A stretch of DNA of 64,000 nt from a virus. The notes beneath the pieces are model-generated. The model was given only the letters and a program-made list of their open reading frames with translations, did not search any database and was not told where the DNA came from. This document shows positions 31,478-39,304 of the stretch, in pieces (the stretch's first letter is position 1; every line of letters begins with the position of its first letter). The position numbers and the translations under genes are program-made. The DNA is taken from positions 31,690 to 95,689 of IMG/VR virus record IMGVR_UViG_3300031578_000009. One strand, written 5' to 3'.

Positions 31478-31673
31478 ATGCCTGATTTAACAATGCAAAA
31501 TCTTTTTCTTCATAAATAACCCTTAATCCACGTAAACTAATTCCATTAATATTCAAATCTATTATTGAATCTAAATAGTATTGAATAACTGGTAATCTAT
31601 GTTTGGCTAATTCTTCTGGATTATCAAACCAAGTATTATCTTTTAATTTTTTTACAAACTCTTGTCTATTCAT
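31440..31673 (-). CDS. Hypothetical protein
   Basis: ORF in the operon. Confidence 0.55.
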   Translation of the reverse strand: MNRQEFVKKLKDNTWFDNPEELAKHRLPVIQYYLDSIIDLNINGISLRGLRVIYEEKDFALLNQAFESLRKKYGYDK

Positions 31674-31983
31674 GTTTTACATATATATCAGAATCATCCT
31701 CTTTCTTAAATAATTTTACAAATTTATGTACATCTGAAGATCCAACATCTTGCAATTTTTCTGGGAATTCTTTTTTAAATGTATCTACCTATTTATTATG
31801 ACCAATTATTGATAATTCTTTAGTGTCATATAATTCCACTATAATCCAATTCCCATTATTATATTCTTTACTACATATTCCTGTTTCATATGGTTGATCG
31901 GAATCTGTTACTAATGCAGTATCAATTGTTACTCCATTAATTACATCATTTGCAACAACTCTATCTTTATAAGTTCCCATCAT
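31666..31983 (-). pseudogene. Hypothetical gene interrupted by an in-frame TAG at 31789-31791
   Basis: Frame continues 40 codons after the stop (GHNK*VDTFKKEFPEKLQDV...) and ends overlapping the next start codon. Confidence 0.55.
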
Positions 31984-32053
31984 TTCTAATTATGTCGTTG
32001 TAAATCATAGTAATAATGTTATTTATTACACATTAATGATGTTTATACAATAG

Positions 32054-32209
32054 TTATGTGGCATTAGGCTTCGGTGTATTTATTTCACGCACCATTTCCA
32101 TAATCTTTTCCATAACCTTTGGCACATACTTTTCACTACAAGTTGTTTCTAACCTAATTCCTGCACGTAATAATGGTGCTTCTACTGTAATTTTATATTT
32201 ATTGTTCAT
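32054..32209 (-). CDS. Cassette 1 ORF (51 aa, not in the ORF track)
   Basis: MNNKYKITVEAPLLRAGIRLETTCSEKYVPKVMEKIMEMVREINTPKPNAT. The stop codon is the complement of the GTTA core. Confidence 0.65.
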   Translation of the reverse strand: MNNKYKITVEAPLLRAGIRLETTCSEKYVPKVMEKIMEMVREINTPKPNAT

Positions 32210-32222
32210 AATTAATAACGCC

Positions 32223-32351
32223 ACATAACAATTTATAAAAAATAATAGCAGGTTATGTGGTACTTGTTAGCTGCTACCGCTGTATTTAAGTTTGTAATTA
32301 TTTCAAAGTGTCAGTTTCAAAGCTGCTACTATTCTTATAATAACGTTAGCG
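32223..32351 (+). other. attC1
   Basis: ACATAAC-aat-ttataaaaaataatagcag...ctgctactattcttataa-taac-GTTAGCG. Confidence 0.85.
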
Positions 32352-32561
32352 TTAATTGCTTTTAAACTTTGCGTACAATATTTCGTTGTAATGTCTATTA
32401 CATTCGTACTGATACACAAATTCACTATTATTTTTACACCACATAACGAAATCTATTGCTTCTTTTTGTAGCAACATATCGCTAACACCAGATAAAAACA
32501 ATTGCTTGTTGTATTCATCTATTGTGGTTTGTGCTTTTTTATAATCGTCTTCTGTTATCAT
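32352..32561 (-). CDS. Cassette 2 ORF
   Basis: 69 aa. Start codon lies inside the attC2 loop. Confidence 0.65.
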   Translation of the reverse strand: MITEDDYKKAQTTIDEYNKQLFLSGVSDMLLQKEAIDFVMWCKNNSEFVYQYECNRHYNEILYAKFKSN

Positions 32562-32609
32562 AATTTTGTTTATTAAATTCGCAACTGTGTTTATCTGTAA
32601 TCGTTATAC
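32480..32609 (+). other. attC2
   Basis: CGCTAAC-ac-cagataaaaacaattgc...gcaactgtgtttatctg-taatc-GTTATAC. Confidence 0.85.
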
Positions 32610-32846
32610 GCAAGCTAAAGAACCGAGCAACGTTTCAACCCATGCGTTTGAATCGGCACATCTTTTGAGTTCTTCTTTGTGCGTTTTTGCACAGTCGGTG
32701 CATACTGGTTGGTTTGTTCTCCAATGCCAAGTATTGGTAGGTTGCTTGCAAAAGTAGCAGCGTTCGTACACACCTGTATTTTCGTACATATCTTTAGTCT
32801 CTTTTACTGTTGGTATCATGATATCAAAATTAACGGGCGGTAACAA
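32604..32846 (-). CDS. Cassette 3 ORF, Zn-finger (CYFC...CTDC)
   Basis: Stop lies in the GTTA core. The true start is probably an internal Met. Confidence 0.6.
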   Translation of the reverse strand: MLPPVNFDIMIPTVKETKDMYENTGVYERCYFCKQPTNTWHWRTNQPVCTDCAKTHKEELKRCADSNAWVETLLGSLACV

Positions 32847-32965
32847 TGTATAAAAAACATAGCTGAGCCTGTGGTTAATATTAAGTTTCTATTTCAATTT
32901 TACATTTGTAAGTTATTGTTGTTCAGTATTTCAAAACGCTACGTTTCTTATACTCAACGTTATAG
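32838..32965 (+). other. attC3
   Basis: CGGTAAC-aat-gtataaaaaacatagc...gctacgtttcttatac-tcaac-GTTATAG. Confidence 0.85.
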
Positions 32966-33160
32966 GGCATTATTGCATTGGTCTAACGCATTTCTCATAT
33001 CCTCATCAGCAAGTTCTTTTAACTTATCAGCAATCATATATAAACCTTCTGGTCCATATTTATCTAACAATGCGTTAAAGTTAATTTCTTTATCAACGCA
33101 CTCTAACAAAGTATATAGTGCATTGCTGTCTTGTTTCAATTTATCATCTTCGTAAATCAT
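32960..33160 (-). CDS. Cassette 4 ORF
   Basis: Starts inside attC4 and stops in the GTTA core of attC3. Confidence 0.65.
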   Translation of the reverse strand: MIYEDDKLKQDSNALYTLLECVDKEINFNALLDKYGPEGLYMIADKLKELADEDMRNALDQCNNAL

Positions 33161-33220
33161 AATCTTTTGTATTTTAATTAATATTTGTGATGCAACGCAC
33201 CATATACTCAGCCGTTATGC
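33101..33220 (+). other. attC4
   Basis: CTCTAAC-aa-agtatatagtgcattgc...gcaacgcaccatatact-cagcc-GTTATGC. Confidence 0.85.
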
Positions 33221-33224
33221 GCAA

Positions 33225-33482
33225 TTATTCAGACGCTTCTTCCAAAAATGGATTGACATCTTCGCCAAGTTCTTTACTGCTATGCTTCATTAAAATTTTA
33301 ACAATATCCCCCTTGTTGATTCTTTTCAGGTTGTTAAATTCAGTGTATATTTCTTGGAGTATTACCTGAAATTCAGCATTGCAGTTGCGTATTCCAAATA
33401 AAATTCCATCATTATAACTGCCCATAACAGCACCTAAATCGCTATTGGCGGTTTCTTCTGTATTCAAATTTTCGTGTTCCAT
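33225..33482 (-). CDS. Cassette 5 ORF
   Basis: 85 aa. Starts inside attC5. Confidence 0.65.
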   Translation of the reverse strand: MEHENLNTEETANSDLGAVMGSYNDGILFGIRNCNAEFQVILQEIYTEFNNLKRINKGDIVKILMKHSSKELGEDVNPFLEEASE

Positions 33483-33553
33483 TGTTACTTTATTTTCATG
33501 TTGATAAATTGCGTTTCAAATCGCCAACAGCGTTTAGCTGCGGCACGTCATGG
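33422..33553 (+). other. attC5 (R' core mutated GTT>GTC)
   Basis: CCATAAC-agc-acctaaatcgctattggcg...cgccaacagcgtttagct-gcggcac-GTCATGG. Confidence 0.8.
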
Positions 33554-33588
33554 GCAAGTGTAAGAAATCCCACGCTCACCTGTTTAAA

Positions 33589-33759
33589 TTACTTGGTATC
33601 TGTGTATTTTACATCACCGTTTTCATCTATACTTCTTTCCACCCCATCCGAGTTCCTATCAACGATATTCCCCCACTCATCTTTTGATGTGTAAAAATCA
33701 GTATCTCTGCCGTAATATTCGGCTTCGGAAACAATGTTTCCCCATTCATCTTTTGGCAT
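33589..33759 (-). CDS. Cassette 6 ORF (56 aa, not in the ORF track) with duplicated KDEWGNIV motif
   Basis: MPKDEWGNIVSEAEYYGRDTDFYTSKDEWGNIVDRNSDGVERSIDENGDVKYTDTK. Confidence 0.65.
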   Translation of the reverse strand: MPKDEWGNIVSEAEYYGRDTDFYTSKDEWGNIVDRNSDGVERSIDENGDVKYTDTK

Positions 33760-33787
33760 ATTAAGCCCTCCTATTATAAACGCCAGC

Positions 33788-33915
33788 CCATAACACTAAA
33801 TATAAAATATACGGGTATTGTGCGTGTTTGAACGGTATTACCTTTAATCAAGTGTTGTGTATCGGGATAGGATACCGCTTTTAATCCCGTACATTTCATA
33901 TTTTTAACGTTATAC
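33788..33915 (+). other. attC6
   Basis: CCATAAC-act-aaatataaaatatacggg...cccgtacatttcatattt-ttaac-GTTATAC. Confidence 0.85.
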
Positions 33916-33921
33916 GCTATA

Positions 33922-34134
33922 CTAATTGACAATCGGATGTTCAATTACCTTATAACCCCAGTCAAGTAATATTTCTTTAACTACATACCATTCACCATTA
34001 AATTCCAGTGCATCAATCGTTGCTTGTGGTGCATCACTATGGAATATTACTTTTCTTTCGTTGATAGAATCATTGAAAGTACAGCGTATAACATCGTGTA
34101 TAGCACATTGCTTTTCGTTCTTCGCATTTTCCAT
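33922..34134 (-). CDS. Cassette 7 ORF
   Basis: 70 aa. Starts inside attC7. Confidence 0.65.
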   Translation of the reverse strand: MENAKNEKQCAIHDVIRCTFNDSINERKVIFHSDAPQATIDALEFNGEWYVVKEILLDWGYKVIEHPIVN

Positions 34135-34209
34135 TTTTAATATATTTTAAAGTTTGTAATTCTATTAAAGTTTTGTGTAAGCAATGTGCTATACACGTAT
34201 CCGTTAGGC
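34086..34209 (+). other. attC7
   Basis: GTATAAC-atc-gtgtatagcacattgctt...aagcaatgtgctatacac-gtatcc-GTTAGGC (perfect 18-bp arms). Confidence 0.9.
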
Positions 34210-34215
34210 GTAATG

Positions 34216-34428
34216 CTAAGAAAGCATCCACTTTAAAGCTTCTACTTTACCGTTGGCAATATTCATTCTATTTTGAACTTTGTCTCCATATTCAATACTT
34301 GCCATTTGGCTCATGTTACATAGTTCTTTGTTAAGTTTTTCAGCCAATAACTCTTGGTCTTTAATTTCAATCTTTATTTCTCTTTCTGTTTTCATAACAA
34401 TTTGAATTAAAGCACATACGCCTAACAA
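34216..34428 (-). CDS. Cassette 8 ORF
   Basis: Likely start at the internal MKTERE. C-terminal KVEALKWML. Confidence 0.6.
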   Translation of the reverse strand: MLGVCALIQIVMKTEREIKIEIKDQELLAEKLNKELCNMSQMASIEYGDKVQNRMNIANGKVEALKWMLS

Positions 34429-34549
34429 TATGTATAGTTAATGGCGGTTTTGTGCGTGGTTTAACATTTATTTTACCTTTTTATTTTTGTTTAGTTTGAT
34501 AGTTTTGTGGTCTTAAATCCGCCACGACACCTTACATTCAACGTTACCA
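34420..34549 (+). other. attC8
   Basis: GCCTAAC-aat-atgtatagttaatggcgg...ccgccacgacaccttacat-tcaac-GTTACCA. Confidence 0.85.
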
Positions 34550-34554
34550 CCCAT

Positions 34555-34884
34555 TTAAAGAGGGCGGTGCAAGTCTATGTTTATTGTAATGTAATGGAAA
34601 AAAGTTATCGTTATATAAGCATATCCTTTCATAAAGGAACGCCTGTAATTTATTAACGATACTTCTTTGTATTTACCACGTTTTTCTTCATCCTGTACAG
34701 GTGTCCTACGTTTTATCTTATAATACCATAAATACCAATCTACGCTGCTTTGTGTTTTCTCGAAATAGAATAAACGGGTGGTAACAATAGATAAAATCCA
34801 TTGCTTAAATTGTGTTAATTTATTGGTTTTCTGTTTCATATCAATATTATTTTTAGTTTGAAAATTTGTAATTCTAAATCGCAA
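34555..34884 (-). CDS. Cassette 9 ORF
   Basis: Probable start MKQKT at 34839, inside attC9. Confidence 0.6.
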   Translation of the reverse strand: MRFRITNFQTKNNIDMKQKTNKLTQFKQWILSIVTTRLFYFEKTQSSVDWYLWYYKIKRRTPVQDEEKRGKYKEVSLINYRRSFMKGYAYITITFFHYITINIDLHRPL

Positions 34885-34908
34885 CGTATCTTATCTGAGC
34901 CGTTAGCG
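34779..34908 (+). other. attC9
   Basis: TGGTAAC-aat-agataaaatccattgc...gcaacgtatcttatct-gagcc-GTTAGCG. Confidence 0.85.
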
Positions 34909-35094
34909 TTCATTTGCCAACGCACTCTTACGCACAATCGGAACTACTTTATACATAAAAGTTGCTCCACCTTGTTGCTGTATAAAATCATAACATTCTT
35001 GCTCTGTTCCTTCAAAGCATTCTTGTCCTTCGTCTGGTGTATAAACCAAATCTAATACTTGATGTGTTGCTTCCATTTTATTTAAGTTTTGCAC
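34903..35094 (-). CDS. Cassette 10 ORF
   Basis: Stop lies in the GTTA core. FEGTEQECYDF motif. Confidence 0.65.
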   Translation of the reverse strand: MQNLNKMEATHQVLDLVYTPDEGQECFEGTEQECYDFIQQQGGATFMYKVVPIVRKSALANER

Positions 35095-35114
35095 CGCCCA
35101 CGCTCAAAACGAAA

Positions 35115-35215
35115 CGCTAACAAGCGGTATAGTTAATAAAGGCTGAATTAAGTTTTATTCTTTGATTGGTCGGTAGTGGTCAGCCTTTACTAAACCATAC
35201 CGCCAGCCGTTATAA
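35115..35215 (+). other. attC10
   Basis: CGCTAAC-aag-cggtatagttaataaaggctga...tcagcctttactaaaccataccg-ccagcc-GTTATAA. Confidence 0.85.
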
Positions 35216-35428
35216 ACAAGGCGTAAGCAACGCCCATTTTGTACCGTCTATAAGGTCAGTATATCGCCCGTAAATCAACACTTCTTTCTTTGCAAGTTGT
35301 TCAGGTGGTGGATAAATTAATATTTCATCACCGTAGTTGGGTTTATCTTCTGGGAAAAACGCCCAGTTTATAACAAGCGGTAATACGGCATTGCCTTCCG
35401 CTTCATTGATACTTTTTTCTGTGTTCAT
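35210..35428 (-). CDS. Cassette 11 ORF
   Basis: Starts inside attC11 and stops in the GTTA core of attC10. Confidence 0.65.
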   Translation of the reverse strand: MNTEKSINEAEGNAVLPLVINWAFFPEDKPNYGDEILIYPPPEQLAKKEVLIYGRYTDLIDGTKWALLTPCL

Positions 35429-35501
35429 AGTTTTGTCCTCGTATTTAAGTTATTACTAATTTGATAAATCGGCAACGACCGCATACCGCCAGCCGTTAGC
35501 A
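35368..35501 (+). other. attC11
   Basis: TTATAAC-aag-cggtaatacggcattgcc...ggcaacgaccgcataccg-ccagcc-GTTAGCA. Confidence 0.85.
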
Positions 35502-35507
35502 CCAATA

Positions 35508-35744
35508 TTAAGGAAGTAACTCGCATTCATGAACTTCCCACCATTGATCATAATCAAATGGATATTCTTTTGCAGGAGGATATTCTTTGCATTCATTTTC
35601 CCACTCTTTTAGTTTTTCAGCCTTGTGAAATTCCATAGCCATTTCAGCACCTTTCTTTGTTTTGTGAATACTTATAGTAGTTGCTGCACTATCATGACAA
35701 TCTGAATTATAAAGAAACTCATATACAAATTCTAGTTTTTCCAT
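35508..35744 (-). CDS. Hypothetical protein (position of a 12th cassette lacking its own attC)
   Basis: Follows the R' of attC11. No matching GGTGCTAAC hairpin seen to its right. Confidence 0.65.
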   Translation of the reverse strand: MEKLEFVYEFLYNSDCHDSAATTISIHKTKKGAEMAMEFHKAEKLKEWENECKEYPPAKEYPFDYDQWWEVHECELLP

Positions 35745-35746
35745 AA

Positions 35747-35944
35747 TTAATTTTCTTTATCTAATTGATAATGCCAAAATAAATCACAAGATGTTCCTGT
35801 TAGCTTATTTATAAAAGGAGCTTCTATCCAAGATACAATAATAGATTTATTATTAACTCCTAATATAAATCTCTTACATATATCTCTTTTGGGACAGATT
35901 CCTCTATTCTTATGCTCTCCTGAACAAAGTGTAATATCTAACAT
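35747..35944 (-). CDS. Small Cys-rich phage protein
   Basis: DITLC.G..CP.R..C.RF motif. Confidence 0.65.
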   Translation of the reverse strand: MLDITLCSGEHKNRGICPKRDICKRFILGVNNKSIIVSWIEAPFINKLTGTSCDLFWHYQLDKEN

Positions 35945-36102
35945 AATTCACAATTTTAAAATTATATTCATACGTTTTTTCTTATTTAAGTTCCAATAAA
36001 ATATAAATATATTCCAATCATTAATCTCTATTCTAATCTGAAATATCTTAAAGATTGCAAATATAATTATTCCGAAGCTAATTAATAATAATTTTATTAA
36101 CA

Positions 36103-36453
36103 TTATTTATTCTTTTTAAGTAGTTTCCAATATTTATATAATTCTAAGAATGTTTTGCGTTTGATTTCATCTTCAATTTCAGATTTTGTTAATTCTGTTA
36201 CTTTTGAATTATTTTCTTCTATTTGTTTACTAATAACTTCTCCATGTAAATCTACAATATTTTGTATTTGATAGTGTAGTTTATGATGTAAGTCTAAACT
36301 AGAATTAATTTTTGAACTATATCTTATTTTCCCCATCCAATATTCATCTATTGTATAGCTTAAATTAATATAATCTGGTTTTTTTTCATTAGCTTGTTTA
36401 ATTAATTCAATATATTCTTTATTTTTTAATAAAATACAATTTTTATTTTCCAT
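36103..36453 (-). CDS. Hypothetical protein
   Basis: ORF coupled to the DnaB gene. Confidence 0.6.
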   Translation of the reverse strand: MENKNCILLKNKEYIELIKQANEKKPDYINLSYTIDEYWMGKIRYSSKINSSLDLHHKLHYQIQNIVDLHGEVISKQIEENNSKVTELTKSEIEDEIKRKTFLELYKYWKLLKKNK

Positions 36454-36454
36454 T

Positions 36455-37528
36455 TTAATTAATTTTTGTAAGTTTATTTATTGCTACATAATATTCAGGC
36501 TTCATATCATCAGCTTTAGGTAATTCTTTAATAATTCCAGATTCTCCTAAAAACATTGTACCTAATATTTTATCAGCAGCACCTTCTCTGTTTTTAAGTA
36601 TGCTAATAGCTCTAAATCTATCTCCAATTCCACCATCTCTCTTATTTATAAGATAGCCTCTAAAATTAGCAAGTTCATGTCTTTGTGGACTAAATATTGA
36701 TACTACATAATTAGCAGCATCAGTTGTATCACTTGTTTCTTTAAAATCATCAAGAGTTGGCGTAACTGCATCTAGTTTCATTCTATCTGTTGAACCTATT
36801 CCTCTATTTAATTGTTGAACATTTACAAATGAAACTCCAAACATATCTCTTAAATCAATCTGATAAGACATATATTTATCAATATTCTCTTTCTTAGAAA
36901 AACCTCTTTCTCTTTTGATAATTCCTAAATGGTCTGATGCAACTACTACTAATTGTTTTTTATGTGGTTTATAATAATCAAATACTTCTTTTTCTCCATC
37001 ATGAGCTTGTACTGTTTTAGTATAAGTCGTACCATTATCATTAATATACCTTAATACAGTATTCCTAATTCCAGTAGGATTTTCATTGCTAAATACTTCT
37101 ATATATTCTGACATTTGTTCAAAATATTTAGCTAGAGTTTTAGTTTTTTCATAAATTTCTTTAGAAACTCTATTTTTACCTCTTGATAATATATAATTAG
37201 TATCTGCAATAATACCATAATCTAAATAAAGTTTTCTTGCGATAGCTCTAACTCCAAGAGCAGGTTTACTCATCTCTGCACTATATATAAAGATTTTGAG
37301 ATTCATTGAGTCTTTATAATTCTTTATATAGTCTTCATAAGGAGTATATATGAAATTATTTATAACAAACATTGACTTTCCTGAACCCGTGCTACCACCA
37401 CATAAATAAATATTTCCTGGTTGTAGTCCTGGTATATATTCTTGTAATCTTTCTAGTCCTAAATTTAAGCCATTATTCTCACCCTTAATACCAGATTCTA
37501 TTTCTTGCAATCCTAGGTTAAATATCAT
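36455..37528 (-). CDS. dnaB: DnaB-like replicative helicase
   Basis: GGSTGSGKS, SAEM, DHLG, QQLNR and LKNREG motifs. Confidence 0.88.
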   Translation of the reverse strand: MIFNLGLQEIESGIKGENNGLNLGLERLQEYIPGLQPGNIYLCGGSTGSGKSMFVINNFIYTPYEDYIKNYKDSMNLKIFIYSAEMSKPALGVRAIARKLYLDYGIIADTNYILSRGKNRVSKEIYEKTKTLAKYFEQMSEYIEVFSNENPTGIRNTVLRYINDNGTTYTKTVQAHDGEKEVFDYYKPHKKQLVVVASDHLGIIKRERGFSKKENIDKYMSYQIDLRDMFGVSFVNVQQLNRGIGSTDRMKLDAVTPTLDDFKETSDTTDAANYVVSIFSPQRHELANFRGYLINKRDGGIGDRFRAISILKNREGAADKILGTMFLGESGIIKELPKADDMKPEYYVAINKLTKIN

Positions 37529-38051
37529 CTGAAAAATCTTTTATATCGTTAGTTTCTAGTTCTCCAATATATCCTTGGAATTTAGTTTCATTCATAAGCG
37601 TTTCTATTCTAAGGTATTGTCTCATTTTAGGGTCATTTACCCAATGAGAATATTTTAAATCAATAACATCTTTTAAGTCTTGAACAGAATATTCTTTTAA
37701 TCTTGCTGATATAAATTTTCTATTAGAAACCGATTTATTTGATACTCTTAACTTACCTGTTTTTTGTTTGAAGTAATTAATAACTTCAACAACATCATCA
37801 ACTGTATATTCTGTATCATTTAAATAATCAATAATAGATAATTTTCTAATCTCAAAAGAATTATAATCAATCTTATCATCTATTATCTTTAAAATCATAT
37901 TCCGTTCAAGAAACTTAGCCATTATAAATATATCTGATACTTTATTAAGTTCAGACAGATATTCATTATTTTTATTATGTATAGCTTTAAGTAAACAAAT
38001 TAGAGATGGAGATAGTTTTAATTCTTGTAGATCTTTAATTGCTATTTCCAT
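37518..38051 (-). CDS. Replication initiator/replisome organiser-like protein (phage conserved C-terminal domain)
   Basis: I.ARL.E.YS..DLK.VID.K...W..D..M..YLR.ETL...KF..Y, directly upstream of the helicase. Confidence 0.75.
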   Translation of the reverse strand: MEIAIKDLQELKLSPSLICLLKAIHNKNNEYLSELNKVSDIFIMAKFLERNMILKIIDDKIDYNSFEIRKLSIIDYLNDTEYTVDDVVEVINYFKQKTGKLRVSNKSVSNRKFISARLKEYSVQDLKDVIDLKYSHWVNDPKMRQYLRIETLMNETKFQGYIGELETNDIKDFSDDI

Positions 38052-38372
38052 GTTTTAAATAGATTTAAGAACCACTCTAAAATAGGCATACTACCTGTTT
38101 CTATAACGCCATTATCATACCAATCACAATCTACGCATTCTTTTAACATAGTCATTCCAGATGTATCAATATGCTTACAGTCTTTCTTGTATTTGTATGA
38201 ACATTTCATAATTGTCTTTTATAAATTAATATTCCAATCTCCAACAATAAAAACTTAAATTCTATTGCAAATCCTTCAAAGTTATTTATAACAATAGTTG
38301 GAAGTATATAAAAATCAATCCAACTCAATCTTGACCAACAACACCATGTTCTTATTTCCATATAATATAATT

Positions 38373-38750
38373 TTAATCCCACCAATAAACATAATACTTT
38401 TTAAGTATATCAAATAACCATTCTTTATTTCTATATTCACAATTATCTGCATTACAGTATTTAAATTTAGAATCTTCTGAATAGCTTCTTTTATCATAAT
38501 TAGAAGTCTTCCAATAAAATCTATTATGTTCTCTCTTGAGTAATTCTAAACATATTCTTAATGGTTTATTGGTATTTTTATCTTGATTTTCAAAGTATTC
38601 TTTAGTAGAATATCTTTTATATACCTTTTTAAGTTTAACTTCTAATATATCATTTACATATGCAAAATCCCAATCTCTATCTTTCCAAATAACAGGTAAA
38701 TAATAGATTAGATTTTTAATTCCAGTTATAAATATTTTAATTCTCCACAT
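38373..38750 (-). CDS. Hypothetical phage protein
   Basis: IWKDRDWD...WWD motifs. Confidence 0.65.
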   Translation of the reverse strand: MWRIKIFITGIKNLIYYLPVIWKDRDWDFAYVNDILEVKLKKVYKRYSTKEYFENQDKNTNKPLRICLELLKREHNRFYWKTSNYDKRSYSEDSKFKYCNADNCEYRNKEWLFDILKKYYVYWWD

Positions 38751-38925
38751 TTTCTTGAGCTAATAGTTTATCTGCTAATAAATAAGATTGTTCAACAATC
38801 CATTCATGTGGAAATTGTTCAATTTGAATTCCAGCATAACTTGCTAATATTCCTTGCATAACTGCACAAGCAGCATAGAATCTTTTGGACGTTTCTATGC
38901 TATTAATTATAACTTTATTCTTCAT
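38737..38925 (-). CDS. Hypothetical phage protein
   Basis: KRFYAA..MQG.L...AD.LL motif. Confidence 0.65.
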   Translation of the reverse strand: MKNKVIINSIETSKRFYAACAVMQGILASYAGIQIEQFPHEWIVEQSYLLADKLLAQENVEN

Positions 38926-39121
38926 ATTGATTATTTAAGTTTTGATTAATTTGTTTTTTATATTCAAAGAATTTTTCTTTTTCTACAGCATTCTCTAAAA
39001 ATGATTTAGGTCTTTTTCTATATCCACATTTAGGACATATTAACCATACAGAATACCTACCTAATTTCTTTCTATCTTTAACTAGAGGTTCTATACAATC
39101 TGGACAATATTCTTTTGACAT
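38915..39121 (-). CDS. Zn-ribbon protein
   Basis: CPDC...CPKCG. Confidence 0.6.
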   Translation of the reverse strand: MSKEYCPDCIEPLVKDRKKLGRYSVWLICPKCGYRKRPKSFLENAVEKEKFFEYKKQINQNLNNQYEE

Positions 39122-39304
39122 AACTTTATTTTTAGAATTATTTCAATAAGAGTAGTTAAACTCTCCTAATTGTATCATTTTTAACATATATTCATGTTTC
39201 CTATCTTCATCTTCAAAATTCTCAATTTTAGGAACCATTTTAACTGGTTTTTTCTTGATCATTTTGATAGATTGTTTTTTGAGATGTTTCATAATTATTT
39301 CTCT

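Larger units (their letters stand above)
32053..35501 (+). mobile_element. Integron-type gene cassette array (11 attC sites, no integrase in the window; CALIN-like) with inverted ORFs
   Basis: Eleven 101-134 bp imperfect inverted repeats of the form ..TAAC-arm-loop-arm-CGTTA.. alternating with one small ORF each. The 5' GTT site of each cassette is complementary to its own downstream TAAC site in 10 of 11 cases. Confidence 0.88.

Noticed and set aside
32566-35055. + strand ORFs in the cassette array (32566, 32871, 33187, 33482, 34858) as the real cassette genes
   Set aside because: They use non-ATG starts, run across GTT crossover junctions and read like antisense translations, whereas the - strand ORFs fit within cassette boundaries.
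32053-35501. CRISPR array or simple tandem repeat explanation for the periodic region
   Set aside because: Units are 255-362 bp, the repeats are divergent palindromes rather than identical direct repeats, each unit holds an ORF, and there are no cas genes.
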